From: Parasitella parasitica NRRL 2501
Lineage: Eukaryota; Fungi; Mucoromycota
Direction of reading: 5' to 3'
DNA: 64,000 bases
Assembly (NCBI GenBank): GCA_025201805.1
Contig: MU619304.1
Span: forward strand, 37,539 to 101,538
Every line of letters starts with the position of its first letter. Positions within the stretch are counted from its first letter, which is position 1. The notes beneath the pieces are model-generated. The model was not told where the DNA came from, did no database searches, and saw nothing but the letters and a program-made list of their open reading frames with translations. Made by a program: the position numbers and the translations under genes. This document shows positions 24,803 to 38,400 of this stretch, one piece after another.

Positions 24803-26360
24803 ATGTCTTCTTCTGCGGGCGAACCACCTCAGCTATCACAAGGCAGGTTTTCATTCCAGCATTTTGATCAAGAGTGCGATTTTGGAATAGAAAACGCTAA
24901 TGGCGAAAGAATCAGGAAAAGAAAAAAGCCTGGCCGTAAACCTAATCCGCCTACCACTCAAGAAAGAAGAGCCCAAAATAGGGCTGCGCAAAAGGCCTTT
25001 CGAGAAAGAGAGCAGCAAAAGAGATTAGAGAAAGATAAGCAGTATAGAGATTATAGCGAGGAAATCAATAGCTTGAAAAAGCAATTGGTCACTGTACAAT
25101 ATGAAGCAAAGTACTTGAAGGCCTGTGTTCTTCATTTGACTCTAGCTTGTCTGATTCATCGAGGCTCTGTCCCTCATATCTGGACCGAATCACGCATTAT
25201 CCCCAGCAACAGCCATGGCGAATACAAGAAGCCGGTTTACGAACCTTACGGACAGCACATCATAAATGAAGCTTATCAAACACCTGCACTTTTGGACATG
25301 GTTTTGGAAAATCAATGCATTGTGGATTTCGACAAAGCACTTTTCAACACATCACAATCCAATGAATTTGAAAAAAAAAAGAAAAACATAGGAAACCATA
25401 CCGACATGAGCTCCTTGTCCTACCAAAATTACATTTCTCGGGAAATCATCACAATAAATAAAAATTCTCAGGAGCCGAGAAGAAACTTTCCAAAAGCCAA
25501 AAAGCCAAAAACCAACCCAAAACATCCCTCACAAACATCAAATTTAAATGCACCGCCTCAACCCCCTTCTCCAATAACAAAGCACTCAACACAGGCTGGG
25601 TATCCCATATCACCAGCCTTCTCGACGACTGACGAGCATGGCATTTTATCGTCACCAAATAACGAAGCAAATCAAGATAGCAGCACCGCCTCCTCAGTAA
25701 ATGATCAAGTACTAATTGTTAATCAAAAGCCTGTTGTAGGCGTCATTTCTGAGCCCCCTGTATTAAGGACATCTGAAGATACCACCAACATGCCAACACT
25801 ACAAGCTTTACACATTTTGCGATTGCAACTGAAGCTTGGCAGCATTCTTGGTACCATGACACCTGCTGCTTTATTGCCAAGTAAGTATAGGTCACGCTGT
25901 CAAAAACAATACTGATGCGTACTTCTATGTATTAGCTGCCTTACAGCGAGTTATTCCGCATGACATTCGCATTGACTATGTTCCCGGAGCTTCTATTAGA
26001 GACAGGATGATTATATTTCAGGATTACTACAATATGGATGATTGTTTCCAGTTTTTAACGCAAAATACAGTATTTATGGGTGGGGATATTCGAGATACGA
26101 GGAATTGGGTGATTGATCCTGAATATTCCTTAAAGTTTTGGTTTCTATCTCATCAGTTAGTTGACCATAGCTATGACGAATGCATTGATGCGACAACAGG
26201 CGGCGTACTTCACGAAGAGTTATGCAAGAACGAAGGTGATTCGAGTGACGTGGAAGATATGGGGGCGATGGACAATCAGCATCATACAGCAAGTCTACAG
26301 TTGATCGATGATATAAGTAACCCCCAACTACCTGAAAGCGTGTATTTCCGAGAGTTATAA
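24803..26360 (+). CDS. Yap-like bZIP transcription factor with C-terminal DUF3425-like domain
   Basis: KKPGRKP...RRAQNRAAQKAFRER basic region plus zipper. An intron at 25881-25935 gives PTALQRVIPHDIRIDYVPGASIRDRMII...NWVIDPEYSLKFWFL. Confidence 0.87.
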
Positions 26361-26555
26361 ACGAGGGGGTCCTTTAATGTTTATTTGTATCATTATTCTG
26401 AAGAAGGGCAAAAGTATACATTAATAAACGAAACCTCCCCCCCCCTCTTTTTTTGAAGGGTAAATCACTGGAAAAAATGTGGATTTTATTAAAATCATGA
26501 ATTAAAATGCAATATTGATGCTTGGGCTATTAATAATTTTTCTGAGGATGGACCT

Positions 26556-28600
26556 TTACATGGCAGCTTTGGCAAGATCAAGACCAGCCTTAAGCTTAGT
26601 AGGAATTTCAGGGTTATAGACCAAGTGGTTAAGAGACTTGACAAATGTCCAGCCATTAGCGACACTCTTTACTGGGTAGTCCAAGATGGGAGGAATAGGG
26701 GTTTTGACACCTGGAATTCTATCCGTAGTAACAGCCTTGGGGTTGCACAGACCACGGAGGCCTTCAATGCCAGAGAAACGACCGTAGCCACTAATGCCAA
26801 CACCACCGAAAGGAAGGCCCTGACAGAGGTAGTTGACGGCAAAATCATTCACATTAGCCATACCAGTTCGAAGTTGCAAGCACATTTTCTCAGCAAGAGC
26901 CTTATCGGCAGAGAAGACAGAAGAGCCAAGGCCAAAAGGACAGAGATTGGCAACACGGACGGCGTCTTCAGGACCATTGTGCTTCATGATGACCATGATA
27001 GGGCCAAAAACCTCATCATTTGCAATTTCCATTTCGGGGGTCACATCAGCAAGCAAAGTAGGTTCAAAGTACTGACCGCTGGTGTGCTTGGGATGACGAA
27101 AACGTTTACCCCCACGAAGAAGACGCGCACCGCGAGAAACAGCTTCTTGGACAAGACCTTCCAATCTATCAAATTGGTTGCCCATAGTCATAGCACCGCA
27201 ATCAACCCCCTCACCGTCAGCAAGGATGGAGCCTTGTCGAAGCTTTCCGATGCGAGTGTTCATCTCCTCAACAACCTTGTCATAGATTTCAGCAGCGACG
27301 ATAATACGTTCAATACCAATGCAATTTTGGCCACAATTCTGAAAAACACCACGCATCAAAACAGGAACAGCCTGAACTAAATCAGCATCCTTTAACAAAA
27401 TAGCGCAATCCTTACCACCTAGCTCGAGAACACAAGGAACAAGGTAATCAGCAGCGTTGCGCTGAACAAGCTTACCAACAGCAGGGGATCCGATAAAAGT
27501 TACATGATTGACACCACAGCGAATAACCTCCTCGCCAACGTCAGCGAAACCACTGACAAACTGGACAAGATCGGGGTCAACACCATTTGCAGAGAGACAG
27601 GCCTTGATAATCCTTTCATAATAACGAGAAGACCATGCGACATATTCAGAACATTTGACAATAATGCCATTGCCAGACATGAGAGCAGAAATAACGGGTC
27701 CAATTGCGTTATGAAAGGGGTAATTCCAGCTGACCAAAGCAGCAACAACACCTAAAGGTTGATAAACAACTTTGGAGTTCTTGTACATCATCATTAACCC
27801 AGGGCTACGATAATCATCAGCCAAGACAGATTCACCATTATCAATAGTCCAACGCAATTTAGCACATGTAGTAATCACCTCGCCCAATGAAGCGTCGATC
27901 ACTGCAAGGTTCCCATTAGTTGGAAATTTACCAGATGTATCGATTTTTATATCAAAACTCACTTGTTTTTCCTGTATCTCTACAGTCAGCTCGACAAATA
28001 TCCTCTTGATTCTCCAAAACAAAAGCCAGTAAAGAGCGAAGCACAGCACGACGCTGCTCAAAAGAAGACTTTGCCCATTTTACTTGGGCAACCGAAGTGC
28101 GTTGATATAGTTCCTTAATGTCCTTAGCAGTAGGATTGGGGATAGTGTCAATATGGAAACCAGTAGAAGGATCAAAGCACACAATGTTTGAAGGATCACT
28201 AGCAGTCTATACAATCGCATTGTCATTATCGAGATGAACGCGTATTTTTTACCATGCTCCATTTACTTACACGAAGAGTAAGATCCTCAAGCACTTTGCT
28301 TGTCCATTTGGGGTTGGCGGCTAAAAAGAGAATGAAACAATATTTTTTTTGAGTACAAGTATTCTTTGTGTATTTGGCTGATGTATTCAGGGAGACGCTG
28401 ATTTGTATACAACATCGTTGACTACAGGGCCAATGACCTTTCTTTTTTTCTCGCTACTTTACAATATTGCTATTACCTTCAGGTGCTTCGACTGTAAACT
28501 TCTTGGGTGAAGGGGTTGAAAGCCAGTTGAGAAGAAACCAACCTACTAGAGCACCTAAACCAAGAGTGGCCCAATTGGTTAATGTCGAATCGATAGCCAT
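26556..28600 (-). CDS. MSC7: Msc7/ALDH22-like aldehyde dehydrogenase with N-terminal membrane anchor
   Basis: Exon 1 MAIDSTLTNWATLGLGALVGWFLL (TM), CFDPSTG, SWNYPFHN, FIGSPAVG, LELGGKD (catalytic Glu), FQNCGQNCIG (catalytic Cys), EVFGP and LPFGGVGISGYGRF. Confidence 0.9.
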
Positions 28601-29309
28601 TTTTTCGATTTGAAATGTGTTTATATAAAACAAAAGAGGAAAGAAAAAGAGCTGCCACTTGCACCGTTTTACAATGATTATCTGGCTTTCAATGAAGGTT
28701 ACCTCTGTGTATCAACAATATCAGATCTTGCAAATTACAACTGTCCAGACATTAGTCATCTACGGTAGTTACGACATGTAGATTATATGCTTCTTGGCTT
28801 TTCACTGGCGTTTTTTTTATAACTGTAGAATGCCTACATATTGCACGCTCCGAATTTGAAATTTGTTTTCCCCTTGAAACTATAAACAATTGGCAAGGCC
28901 TTTCAAAAGTGCAAAAACCTTTATTAAGCAGGACGAAATTAGGCTTGAAAGATTCCCTGGAGTTCAATGAATTATGTTATGTCAAGCTCACGTTGCTATA
29001 AAGTTGTTTGATACGTCTTTTCTGCATGTTTCTATTATTTTTGGTTGCGAGTGCAAACGCGTACTTGGAAAATACCACACTTCCAAAATAAATAAAATAT
29101 TATCTTTTTATTTTTTTTAAATCGAAAAAAATGAGTTGAATATATAATAAAAAGGCCCATGTATTGCTCTAAGAATTTATAAAATGGTGATTGTTGAATT
29201 AGCAGATTAGAGTGGATTGTTTTTTTTTTTAGGATTGCTTGAATAAATATATAAAAATGAAGAGATGCATGGGAATGGGAAAAGACTATATACAAAAAAA
29301 AAAATTTCA

Positions 29310-31069
29310 TTAAAAGAGGGGATCTAACAAATTACCAGCAGTAAAGTTGTCGTCAATGGTCGTATTGTACAATTTTGAAAGATCTGCTGCAGTTGTGGTA
29401 GCGGCTGAATTATCAATCACCATATTGTAGAACGGATCGTCAGTAGTAGGTGAAGAAGACATGATGAAATTGTCAAAAAAGTCTGCAGAGAAAGGATCGT
29501 TAGGCATGGTTGGACTAGGCGTACAAGCTGCGCTATCGGACGAATAGGAGCTAGTAGAGTTGGTGCGAGCACTATTATTATCAAAGAGCATTGAAGAATT
29601 TTGCAGCAGCAAATCGCAAAATGCGGCAGTAGCAACAGAGTCTTCTTTGGATTCTTCATCGGCCAGCGAGAAACAATCAGCAAAATCAAGCGATTCAGTA
29701 GTGCCACTCATATTGGATATGGCAGGTGAAGCAGCAGCAACCACATCACAAGTGGCCTGTTCGTACAATGCATTTTGTGCGGATAAAGCATCTGCAGTTA
29801 AAGGAATAGCATTTGAACACGGCAGTAAGTCTATGAGGGAAGCTTGTTGGCCGACAGTATTGGTTAGAGATGGAGGAGGGATGGGAGCCACACGTTTCGA
29901 GTTCTTACGAGGCTGGAGAGAGGGCATAAACTTGGAGCGATAAATGTCCAAAGCACGCTGTAGCATGTTCTTCTTACCAGCCAAATGTCGAGGGTTTAAC
30001 CAGGCTAGTTTCCAGGCCAATTCATTACACATTGTTTCTTCCATCCAGCGGGACATGGGAGGGGTGGGCTTGTTCATATTCATGACACGCGGATACGGGC
30101 AGTTCGCTTTACGAAACTCAATATTGATCTCTTCAAGATCGACCGATTCCACATTGATTTTGATGCGGAACCGTTGGTTGTTGGCATCCTCGATAGCGAT
30201 TGTTTTCGGATGGTGGGCAGATTGGATAGTAACGCCGGTCAAAGACGAGCTCATGTCTTGGTCGTTCTCCACATCGCCTTCACGATGCTTGCGCTTACGC
30301 AGTGTGCCGTTCATTAACTTTTCTTGGCGAGCTACACGACGAGATCGCATACTAGGGTAACGATTACGATAAGAGTCAACAGCCCGTTGAATCAACCCAC
30401 GCTTACCAGCAATCTCATCTTTGTTGAGCCACGCTAATTTCCAGCCAAGAACATTACACTCAGTTTCATATGCCCACCTGTTGCCATGATACTCTTCTTT
30501 GGGTAAATTAGCACGAGGATACACCTATTATTCCAAACGTTGACGTTAATATCAAGTCATATAAACTGATCATAATGATGCCGGTTACTTACGCAGTTTT
30601 CAATCTTGAACTTGTCATCAACAGCTGAAATATCAATTTGCTGAAGATCAGTGCGGATAGAGTACCTCTTGAGAGTGCGGTTATGAGAATACACGAAAGA
30701 GACCCACTCTACACCATCTCTCATTTCCGTAATAGGCTCATTTGGAGCTGATGATGGAGTGGTATTGCTATTGCTGGATTGCTTTGAAGCTGGTGCTGTG
30801 GGTGTGGTAACAGTAGTAGCAGTGGTAGCATTAGTAGTGGCAGCATTAGAAGTAGCAGCAGCAGCTGGTTGGCTTTTTGGGGCTGTTGATTTATTCAGTC
30901 TTCTCTTTTTGACTTTTCCTAGCGTCTGTTCGATGGCTTGAATTTGATCAGGAGTCAATAGTTCCAGCAAGAATTCAGCTTTAGCAGGAGCCGTGATAAG
31001 GTCTTCCAGGCGCAAGGATGTAGGTGAGTGTAACATGTTATTATCTGTATCAGTGGTGCAAAAGTCCAT
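29310..31069 (-). CDS. Conserved fungal protein with two copies of an uncharacterised domain (putative transcription regulator)
   Basis: Copy 1 is WVSFVYS..YSIRTD..KFKIENC|VYPRA..GNRWAYETECNVLGWKLAWLN..GKRGLIQRAVDSYRN..RSRRV. Copy 2 is FRIKIN..FRKANCPYPR..RWMEETMCNELAWKLAWLN..GKKNMLQRALDIYR. Acidic/Ser-rich tail; intron about 30526-30591. Confidence 0.8.
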
Positions 31070-31860
31070 TTTAAGTAGTATTTTCAAGATAGTGGGTTTG
31101 AGGTTAGATAAAAATAAAAGATGTGCAAATGAAGAAGAGTGGGGTTTTTGTGGTTGTTGTTAATTTTGAAGATTTTTCAATCAATCATAAAATTATGCAA
31201 TGTTATCAAACATTCATTCAATAGAAAATGGATGGAAAAAAAAAAAGAAACAGAGAAAACGGTTTCGATTTTTCTAGGTTTCTCTTTTATATAACAATAG
31301 GCTTTTTTTAGGTTCATCAGTTAATGTGGAGATTCGAAATTCTATTTGTGCAACTTACAGTTACCCGAGAATGTAATATTTATTTGTCATTAGAGCATGG
31401 CAAACAGCAAGAAAGCAAACATGGCCTTGATTAGTCTGAAATTGACCATCAAAATTACCAGAATACATATAATTGTGTTTCGAAGCACTGTGAAAGCAAC
31501 ATCTACACTGGTGGTAAAATTTACATGGAGGTTCTTTTTTGGTTTTAAACTGAGTAATCCGACTATTCCGTGAATAACCGATCATGTCCACATTTTAGCC
31601 CAAAATGCGAGCTGTGCAAAGGGATGTAGGGGCGTTCCTGTTTGAATCATATATACTGTTTATGTTTCGATCATGCATACGGGTTTGACCCATAGCCATT
31701 ATTCATACGCACGTGTAGCTACGTTCAACTGATCAGGAAAAAGCGAGACTCATGTGAATGTTACGTACAATTACACTGCTAATTTATTGTTTGGAATATT
31801 GAACCTTAATTTGTAATGGTTCCGGAATGCGAACTCTAAAATATAAAGATTAGCCATCCA

Positions 31861-34800
31861 TTATCTACCCTGTGTAACAAGCGAGTTGGTTGCTGTCAAT
31901 GCAATTTGCGACAATTTAATGGTGATTGAAACCGTCAAATCATGCAATTGGGGTTCGTCTGCTTGATCAAGGAGATCCTCGAGCCATTGCTTAGTCTCGT
32001 ACAGCTCAGTTTGATAATCTTGAAATAGCAGCATTTCTTGCCCTGAATAACAGACGTTAAGGATGGTATCAATACCAAGTAACATGGATTTTCTGATGCT
32101 GGCAGTTTGGGTTGAGATGCTTGCGTATTTCATCGATGAAAGGAATTGAAAGTATTCCTTGACGATTCTTCGTTTATCAGGTGTGTTTGCTATGTGTTAT
32201 TATCTGTTGTTAATACGACTCCAGCCTACACGAATAAGCTTGAACTCACTTGAGCTGTGAAGAATAATGTTCAGTGTCATTATGAATCTTTCCGTCAGTA
32301 GAGCATTATTTCCAATCCAATACCTAGTTTGCAGAGCTGTCAGAGTCAGTTGCGATGCATTACATTACATCTCACTTTATGAGGCCGTGCGTGCCCTCCC
32401 ACCAGCCCACCAACAGTGGAAAAAAGAAAACTGGGCCTGCTAAACCTGACAGCCTATTCTTAAACCTTTTTGGCTCATTCATGGTCGTCTTTTTGGAAAC
32501 AAACAACGGCGTGCCGATTTGTCTCGATACCTACATGCATGATTTGACGTGTTCAATTTCAATCTCCCATCTTGTGGAAATTCTTTCTTACAGGTTTTTC
32601 ATTATTAGCCGCCACGACTGACAGCTCTTCTGTTGCAGCGGTTGGCCAGCCAGCCAATTCCCTCACTGCTAGTGAAATCGACCCCAATATTAACTGCTTT
32701 TGTCCATCCGACGAGTCCCGGTTATACATTTCATCAATGATGAACCTAAATGGGTTGGTTACATTTCCTCTTTTGATTGTGATCCTTTTAGTGATAAATA
32801 ATTTACCCACAGACTACTTCTGGAACAGCTGTCATTAGTGCAACGAGTGAATTTCTTTGCAGTGCTTGGAAATTGTCAATTTCATAAGTTTCTGGAAAAG
32901 AAATAATGTACTTTGCCAACTCCACGGATGATTCGCCTGTTGTTCCAGCATGTTTCAGCCATTGCTTCTTTTTGCAAAGAAAAAAAAAATTACTTACTTA
33001 GCTCTGTTCCAACGCCAGATTTTCGGCGGATAACTTGTTCCGCTGCATTTAAACCAATCTCCAGCTTCAAAGGGTCATTCCTGTCTTGTAAGCAGCGAAT
33101 TACATCTCGAATAAACCTGTTTTACATGATCAATTTCAGGCACCAATTTTACTCGTGAAACACACATTACACTGGTTTTTTGTGCTGCTTTTTAGAGTCT
33201 TGCTGTTGTTTTAGCCCTTCATCGTCGGACTCATCTTCCATTAGATATGCTTCGTATTCTTCTTCGTCATCATCTTCCTTATCTGTACTGCTTTGCTCAT
33301 CGTCTAAAGCACAAACTTGAATACAATGTAAGCACACATGCATGTACATCACAACTGACCTATATCTAGTGCTCTATCTGGGTCTAGTTCATCCTCCTCT
33401 TCATCATCATCGTGTTCTTCTTCTCTAGAGTCAAGATTCTGGTTTTCAAGATTATCGTTTTCTGGTTTTAGCGATAGGTCTGCAATGACATTGAATGCAT
33501 CTGTCACGAATACAAGGTTTTTGAGTTGATTAAGTCTCTCTTGAGAATCTAATAAAGTTGTATTCAACGGTTTTTCCTTGTCAAGTTTGCTGGATACCGC
33601 CTCGGCCATCACCGCCCCTATCCGAGCTATTGAAACATCTCCAGTGGCAAAATAGAGGGAAACACTATTCAACAAGCCGGTTTCCATCATGATCGAGACT
33701 TGAATGTCTTGAATGCTCAAGTGCGCAATAAATGATAATATAACGGCTGTCAGATCTACAAGTCATCTCTTCGATTGGTGAAATGCCGATGCTCCCATAT
33801 TGTATGAAACTTACAGTATTTTTCCCGGCTGCTTCCATTCTGAATAAACATTGGGTCTGACCAAGTTTGAGTAGCACGTTTGGCAAAATCAACGACCAGA
33901 GATTGAGCTGAAGCGGATAATTTGCCCTCTTCAGTGTCATCTCTTCCAGTTTCGGCCAAAATGGCAGTCGATACCACTAGCCTCGCCAACTGGTCATCCG
34001 TCCAGTGTGATTTAGCAAGCTTGAAGATTGCCGTGTTAAGAAATTCTTGAATGCGTTCCTCTCGACGTTGCTGATTAGTATTGTGAGACCTGTTGCTAAA
34101 TAGAAGATGAGCTAAGTTTTTTGCCACTGTCGAAATTGTGTTGTTATATTTTGACAGCATGGTCTGTCTGGCGTAAGCAAGCATTGACTGAAAAACTTGC
34201 TCTGGGGAAGCAATAATTTCCAGCTTTTCAAACACGGCAGCCCAAGGCTGATCCGTTCTTTTCGATGAGGACCAAATTGATTCTACAACAACATCTGCAT
34301 CAAAGCGTTAATATACAAGAGAAAATCGTCCATTCTCATTTCGTACCTTTATAGCCCTGCCTAATCATTTTGCCCAGCATTTCCTGTGTGAATAAAACGG
34401 ATTTCTCTGTCAAGTTATTGGCACAAAGTTGACTCAAATTCGCATAAAACTTTCTACAATAAATTGGCTGAGAAATTTCCATCGTTTCATGCATATATGT
34501 CTACATACTTGACTGTATACCATTCAAGATCATTGCTGTATTGTATGCTTTGTATACCAAACGCATTCGTCAAATGTCCCGGAATTGAGCAGATCAGAGA
34601 ACAGAAAAACCGAACATCCTCAATTGAAATGAACAACCCATACAATGGAATTAGTTTCACTAGTAGTTTTAGCAATGTGGAGTATATCTCCAATGTATCC
34701 AAAGACACATCCTGCTGATTTGTGGCCGACAGACATTCTAGTAAAATCGGTAAACTCATGCGTGCCATTATCACCTTTACGCTATCCGCAACCGAGTTGG

Positions 34801-35062
34801 AGTATAGAGTGTTGTATAACAAGTGCTTATGCGTCGAACTGTTGAATGCAAATGTCCATTGTGGAACTATTTCCTTCAATACATGCGATACGTGTCTCTT
34901 CCATGCTGGATGAGTAACAAGCGCTTGGTGTGCTGATGTCTCATTTATCCACTTAATGGGTAATGATATGCATTCTATAACGCTGTCAAGTTGTGCTTCG
35001 GGTGACGTTGCTAGCTTGTCGAGTTGTTCAAGCTGTTCTATAAGGCTGGGTATAGTTGACAT
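31861..35062 (-). CDS. TEL2: Telomere length regulation protein Tel2 (TTT complex)
   Basis: Multi-exon helical-repeat protein with TQTWSDPMFI, LLNSVSLYF..IARIGAVMAE, acidic linker EYEAYLMEDESDDE, KPV/FIRDV, QKQLILGSISLAVRELAG and ELYETKQWL, all consistent with Tel2. Confidence 0.82.
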
Positions 35063-35412
35063 GATAGCTTGGAAAAAAACAGATTTTCATAAACATCTGT
35101 TATTAGAAGATGCTTAAAAAGTGACTGGTGCACTGTACCAGAATGCAGGCAGGATCTGCTGGTGAATGTGTCAACATCAAAATCTCATTTAGCACTACAT
35201 GATCAATTATTGTCATATACTTCTTGTTGCCACATTTTGTAACAATTATTGTCTAAATAGCAAATAAAGCAATTGATATGCTAACTCCAATATCCTTTTG
35301 TTATGAGCAAGTCAAAATGTGCACTAGAGACTGATTTGAAAATAAAATCACTGTGTGTAATCAATGCATCCTACATATGAGGTCATTTGAATATTAGGGA
35401 AAGTCAGTTAAT

Positions 35413-38400
35413 TTATTGCGAGCTCAAATTATAAGCTTCAGAGATACGACGAAAAGCACGAGCCTGGGCATTTCGATCACCCACAGGTACACTACTCGCA
35501 AGCAGAGAATAAACAAGCTGGGCCAGTCCATCTTCATCGTCTGGCAATTCGACACGTCTTCTCTTTGCAAAACTTGAATTAGCTTGCAATATACCTTTAA
35601 TTTGTTTAAGACACTTTTGAAACACTTGCGCATTCTGGAAGCTTTCTCTCTGTGATGCTGCACCCAGTCGGTAAGAATCAATCTGTTGGCAGAGGTCTGC
35701 CATGTTGGAATTTGCTCTGTTCATCTGTATCTGAGCCATAACAGCCTTCTACAGTAGATTTTTAATTGCAAAGTACTACAAAATTACCTTGTAGCTTACC
35801 ATCATGCCTTCTGGATCAGTTGGTGTCACAGGAGTCTTTCCACCATCACTGTTTTGGCCAGACAGCTCAATTAAGGCTTCAGAGGTAGGAATACCCAATT
35901 CGTGTAGTAGGATTTGCGCGTCTGGAGATAGCTTTTCTTTTGCCTGAATTTCTGTTAAAAAGCCCATAGACATAAAAACATCGACTGCATTTTTACTAAA
36001 TTCTGTAGACAGCACTTCACGGTAGATGGTGCGGCGGCCAGTGATAAGGTGAGTTGCAATCCATTGTGTTAGCAAAGGTACAATGCATCGAGGAAGCATA
36101 GGCACGGCTTCTAGCGCAGACAAGGAGCAAGATGTGATCCAGTAGGCATCGACAGTGGGGTAGACAAGAGACGCTAAGAATATCAGTTGCTCATAGCGCA
36201 AGTGGTCATTTTCCATGTTAACAAGAAGTGTTAAGCGATGGTCACTAACTCGGATGATCTGTTTACGAGCATACGAAGCAACGACTTTGTTGAATTTCTA
36301 GAGCGTATGTACATTGCATAATGTGAGCTTTTGGTGCAACATGAAATCAAGGCATCTTACGAATTTACCTCTTCCAGATTCCAGTCTAATACGAATTCCT
36401 TCTCTAATAGCTGAAGTAAGAAACGGAAGCGATCCATAAATTCATCTTCTAGCACGGATTCTTCCACAAAGGATAAATATACTATCGCAAAGAAGGAGTC
36501 TAGTAGAAAGATGTCTACCATTTGATTGGCGTAATAAGATAGAGCCATGACATTATCAGCATGGTCGTTGACTCGAATGTTGGTATCATCATTGATTTCT
36601 TTGCCATCAATAATCAAGTTTTTAGGTTCATCCAGTAATTTGAATGCTGTCAAAATGAGAGAGTCCAAGTCCTCGCCCTCTGTCAATGTTGAGTTTACAT
36701 ATGTGTAAGCAAATACCGTCAAGTTGCTGATGAAGAGGAGATCTTACCTTGCCAATCGATTGAGTAGTTGTTGCGTTTGATTTCATACTTCATCCATTCC
36801 ATTAACTCCTTGATCTTTCCGATGCATACACCATGTGTCGCACGGCCGTAGAGAATAATAGCAGATACGATGGAGACAGGAGAAACAACCAGACCCTTGC
36901 GCTGTGAATTGTGAATGCGTTTTGTAATTTCAGTGACCAAATCAGACTCGAATGTATCACTATTACTTCTATATATATACGTGTCAAAAATATGTAAGTA
37001 TCGTTTTTTGTAAAGCATGCTAAATGGGCTTTACCCGTTCGATTGTCGGTTAAACTCTTCAGCTACATCTTGTACACTAATCAGCGGTCCAACGCCAAAG
37101 ACAACGCGACCGCACTTTTTGGGTCCTTCAGAGCCTTCCATTAGTATCTTTCTTCGGTCTTTGGCTTCGCTAGGTCTGAGAGGACGTTGTGTTGCCATGG
37201 GGATGGGTCGTACGCCTGGTTGAGACGACGATCTCTGTCTACCACCCGAATGCGTGGGCTGCTGATCTAAGACTTGATCGATCAAATGAGGCAGCTCAGG
37301 AACGTTTTCGTAGGTGATATTGATAGGCACAAAAACAACATCTTTATGCACTTTTCTTTGGATTGTCGGCGATGTGCACGCATGAGCCAAGCTATCAATA
37401 CTCATGGTAGGACTATCGGCGATTGGGGCAGACGGCGAATCTGGGGAAGCAGGAGGGGTATTGATGTCAGCAGAGACAACTCTTGAAATGACACTGGACG
37501 CACTAGAAGATGATCGTGCTGTTTGGTTAGTTTGTAACGTCGCCTCAATAATCATGTCTACAAAGCCGTCCGCAAAAGACTCTTGACATTTGCCAGTTCT
37601 CGATCTAGATCTTTCAAGGCAGAAAGATAAAGCGCCATGCTCCCGCAGCAAAACTTGTGTATAAGCTGCTGTCACGGCAGAATTCAAGGGAGAACGCTTG
37701 GTCTTGTCGCGTTTGACGTAATAAGCACCAGCAAGTCGATAAACATCAGAAATCGAGCCCATTTGAGACATGGCCTCATCACAAGCCAATGCGGGTACAG
37801 GCAGATGGTAGCGGATAGCAATGTACCACACCAAGAGCGGATCTAATAGACTTTTAGACACAGGCACATATACCACTCTCTTGCCCATGGTAGTTTGCCG
37901 AATAGCTCTCAAGCTTTCATCCAAAAGCCGTACATGTTCAAACATGTCTTCAAGCAAAGACTTGAGAAAAGAGCCTGCGAACCAAACAAATGCTAACTGC
38001 GTGCGTTCGCTCATGCGCATCAAGATCTTCATGGCCTCGTTGACAGCAGTTTGCTTGGAAACACCAGCATTTTGGGTAATTTGAGCGATAGCTTGATTGA
38101 CTCGTTTGTCATTCAGCACGATCACCTTGACAGACTCATCGTTACTGCCCACTTTGCGACGCCACTTGCCCAGCGCCATACGACGATCCTTGTCAGGGTT
38201 TATAACATCGTTGTCTTGACACCAGTCGTCCAGAGCATCATCAAGATCTGTTAGCCAAGCATCATCGTCGTTTTTGGCATTGTTGTGCATCACCAAGCCC
38301 TTAATGTGAGCGACCATACGGTCTGTTCGTTGTGTGATTTGATCTTGTGAAAATATGGCGCTGTTCACTGGGCGATTAATGATGTTTTGAAAGTAATCGC

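Noticed and set aside
26625-27380. 251-aa plus-strand ORF
   Set aside because: Antisense to the ALDH CDS; a codon-bias shadow.
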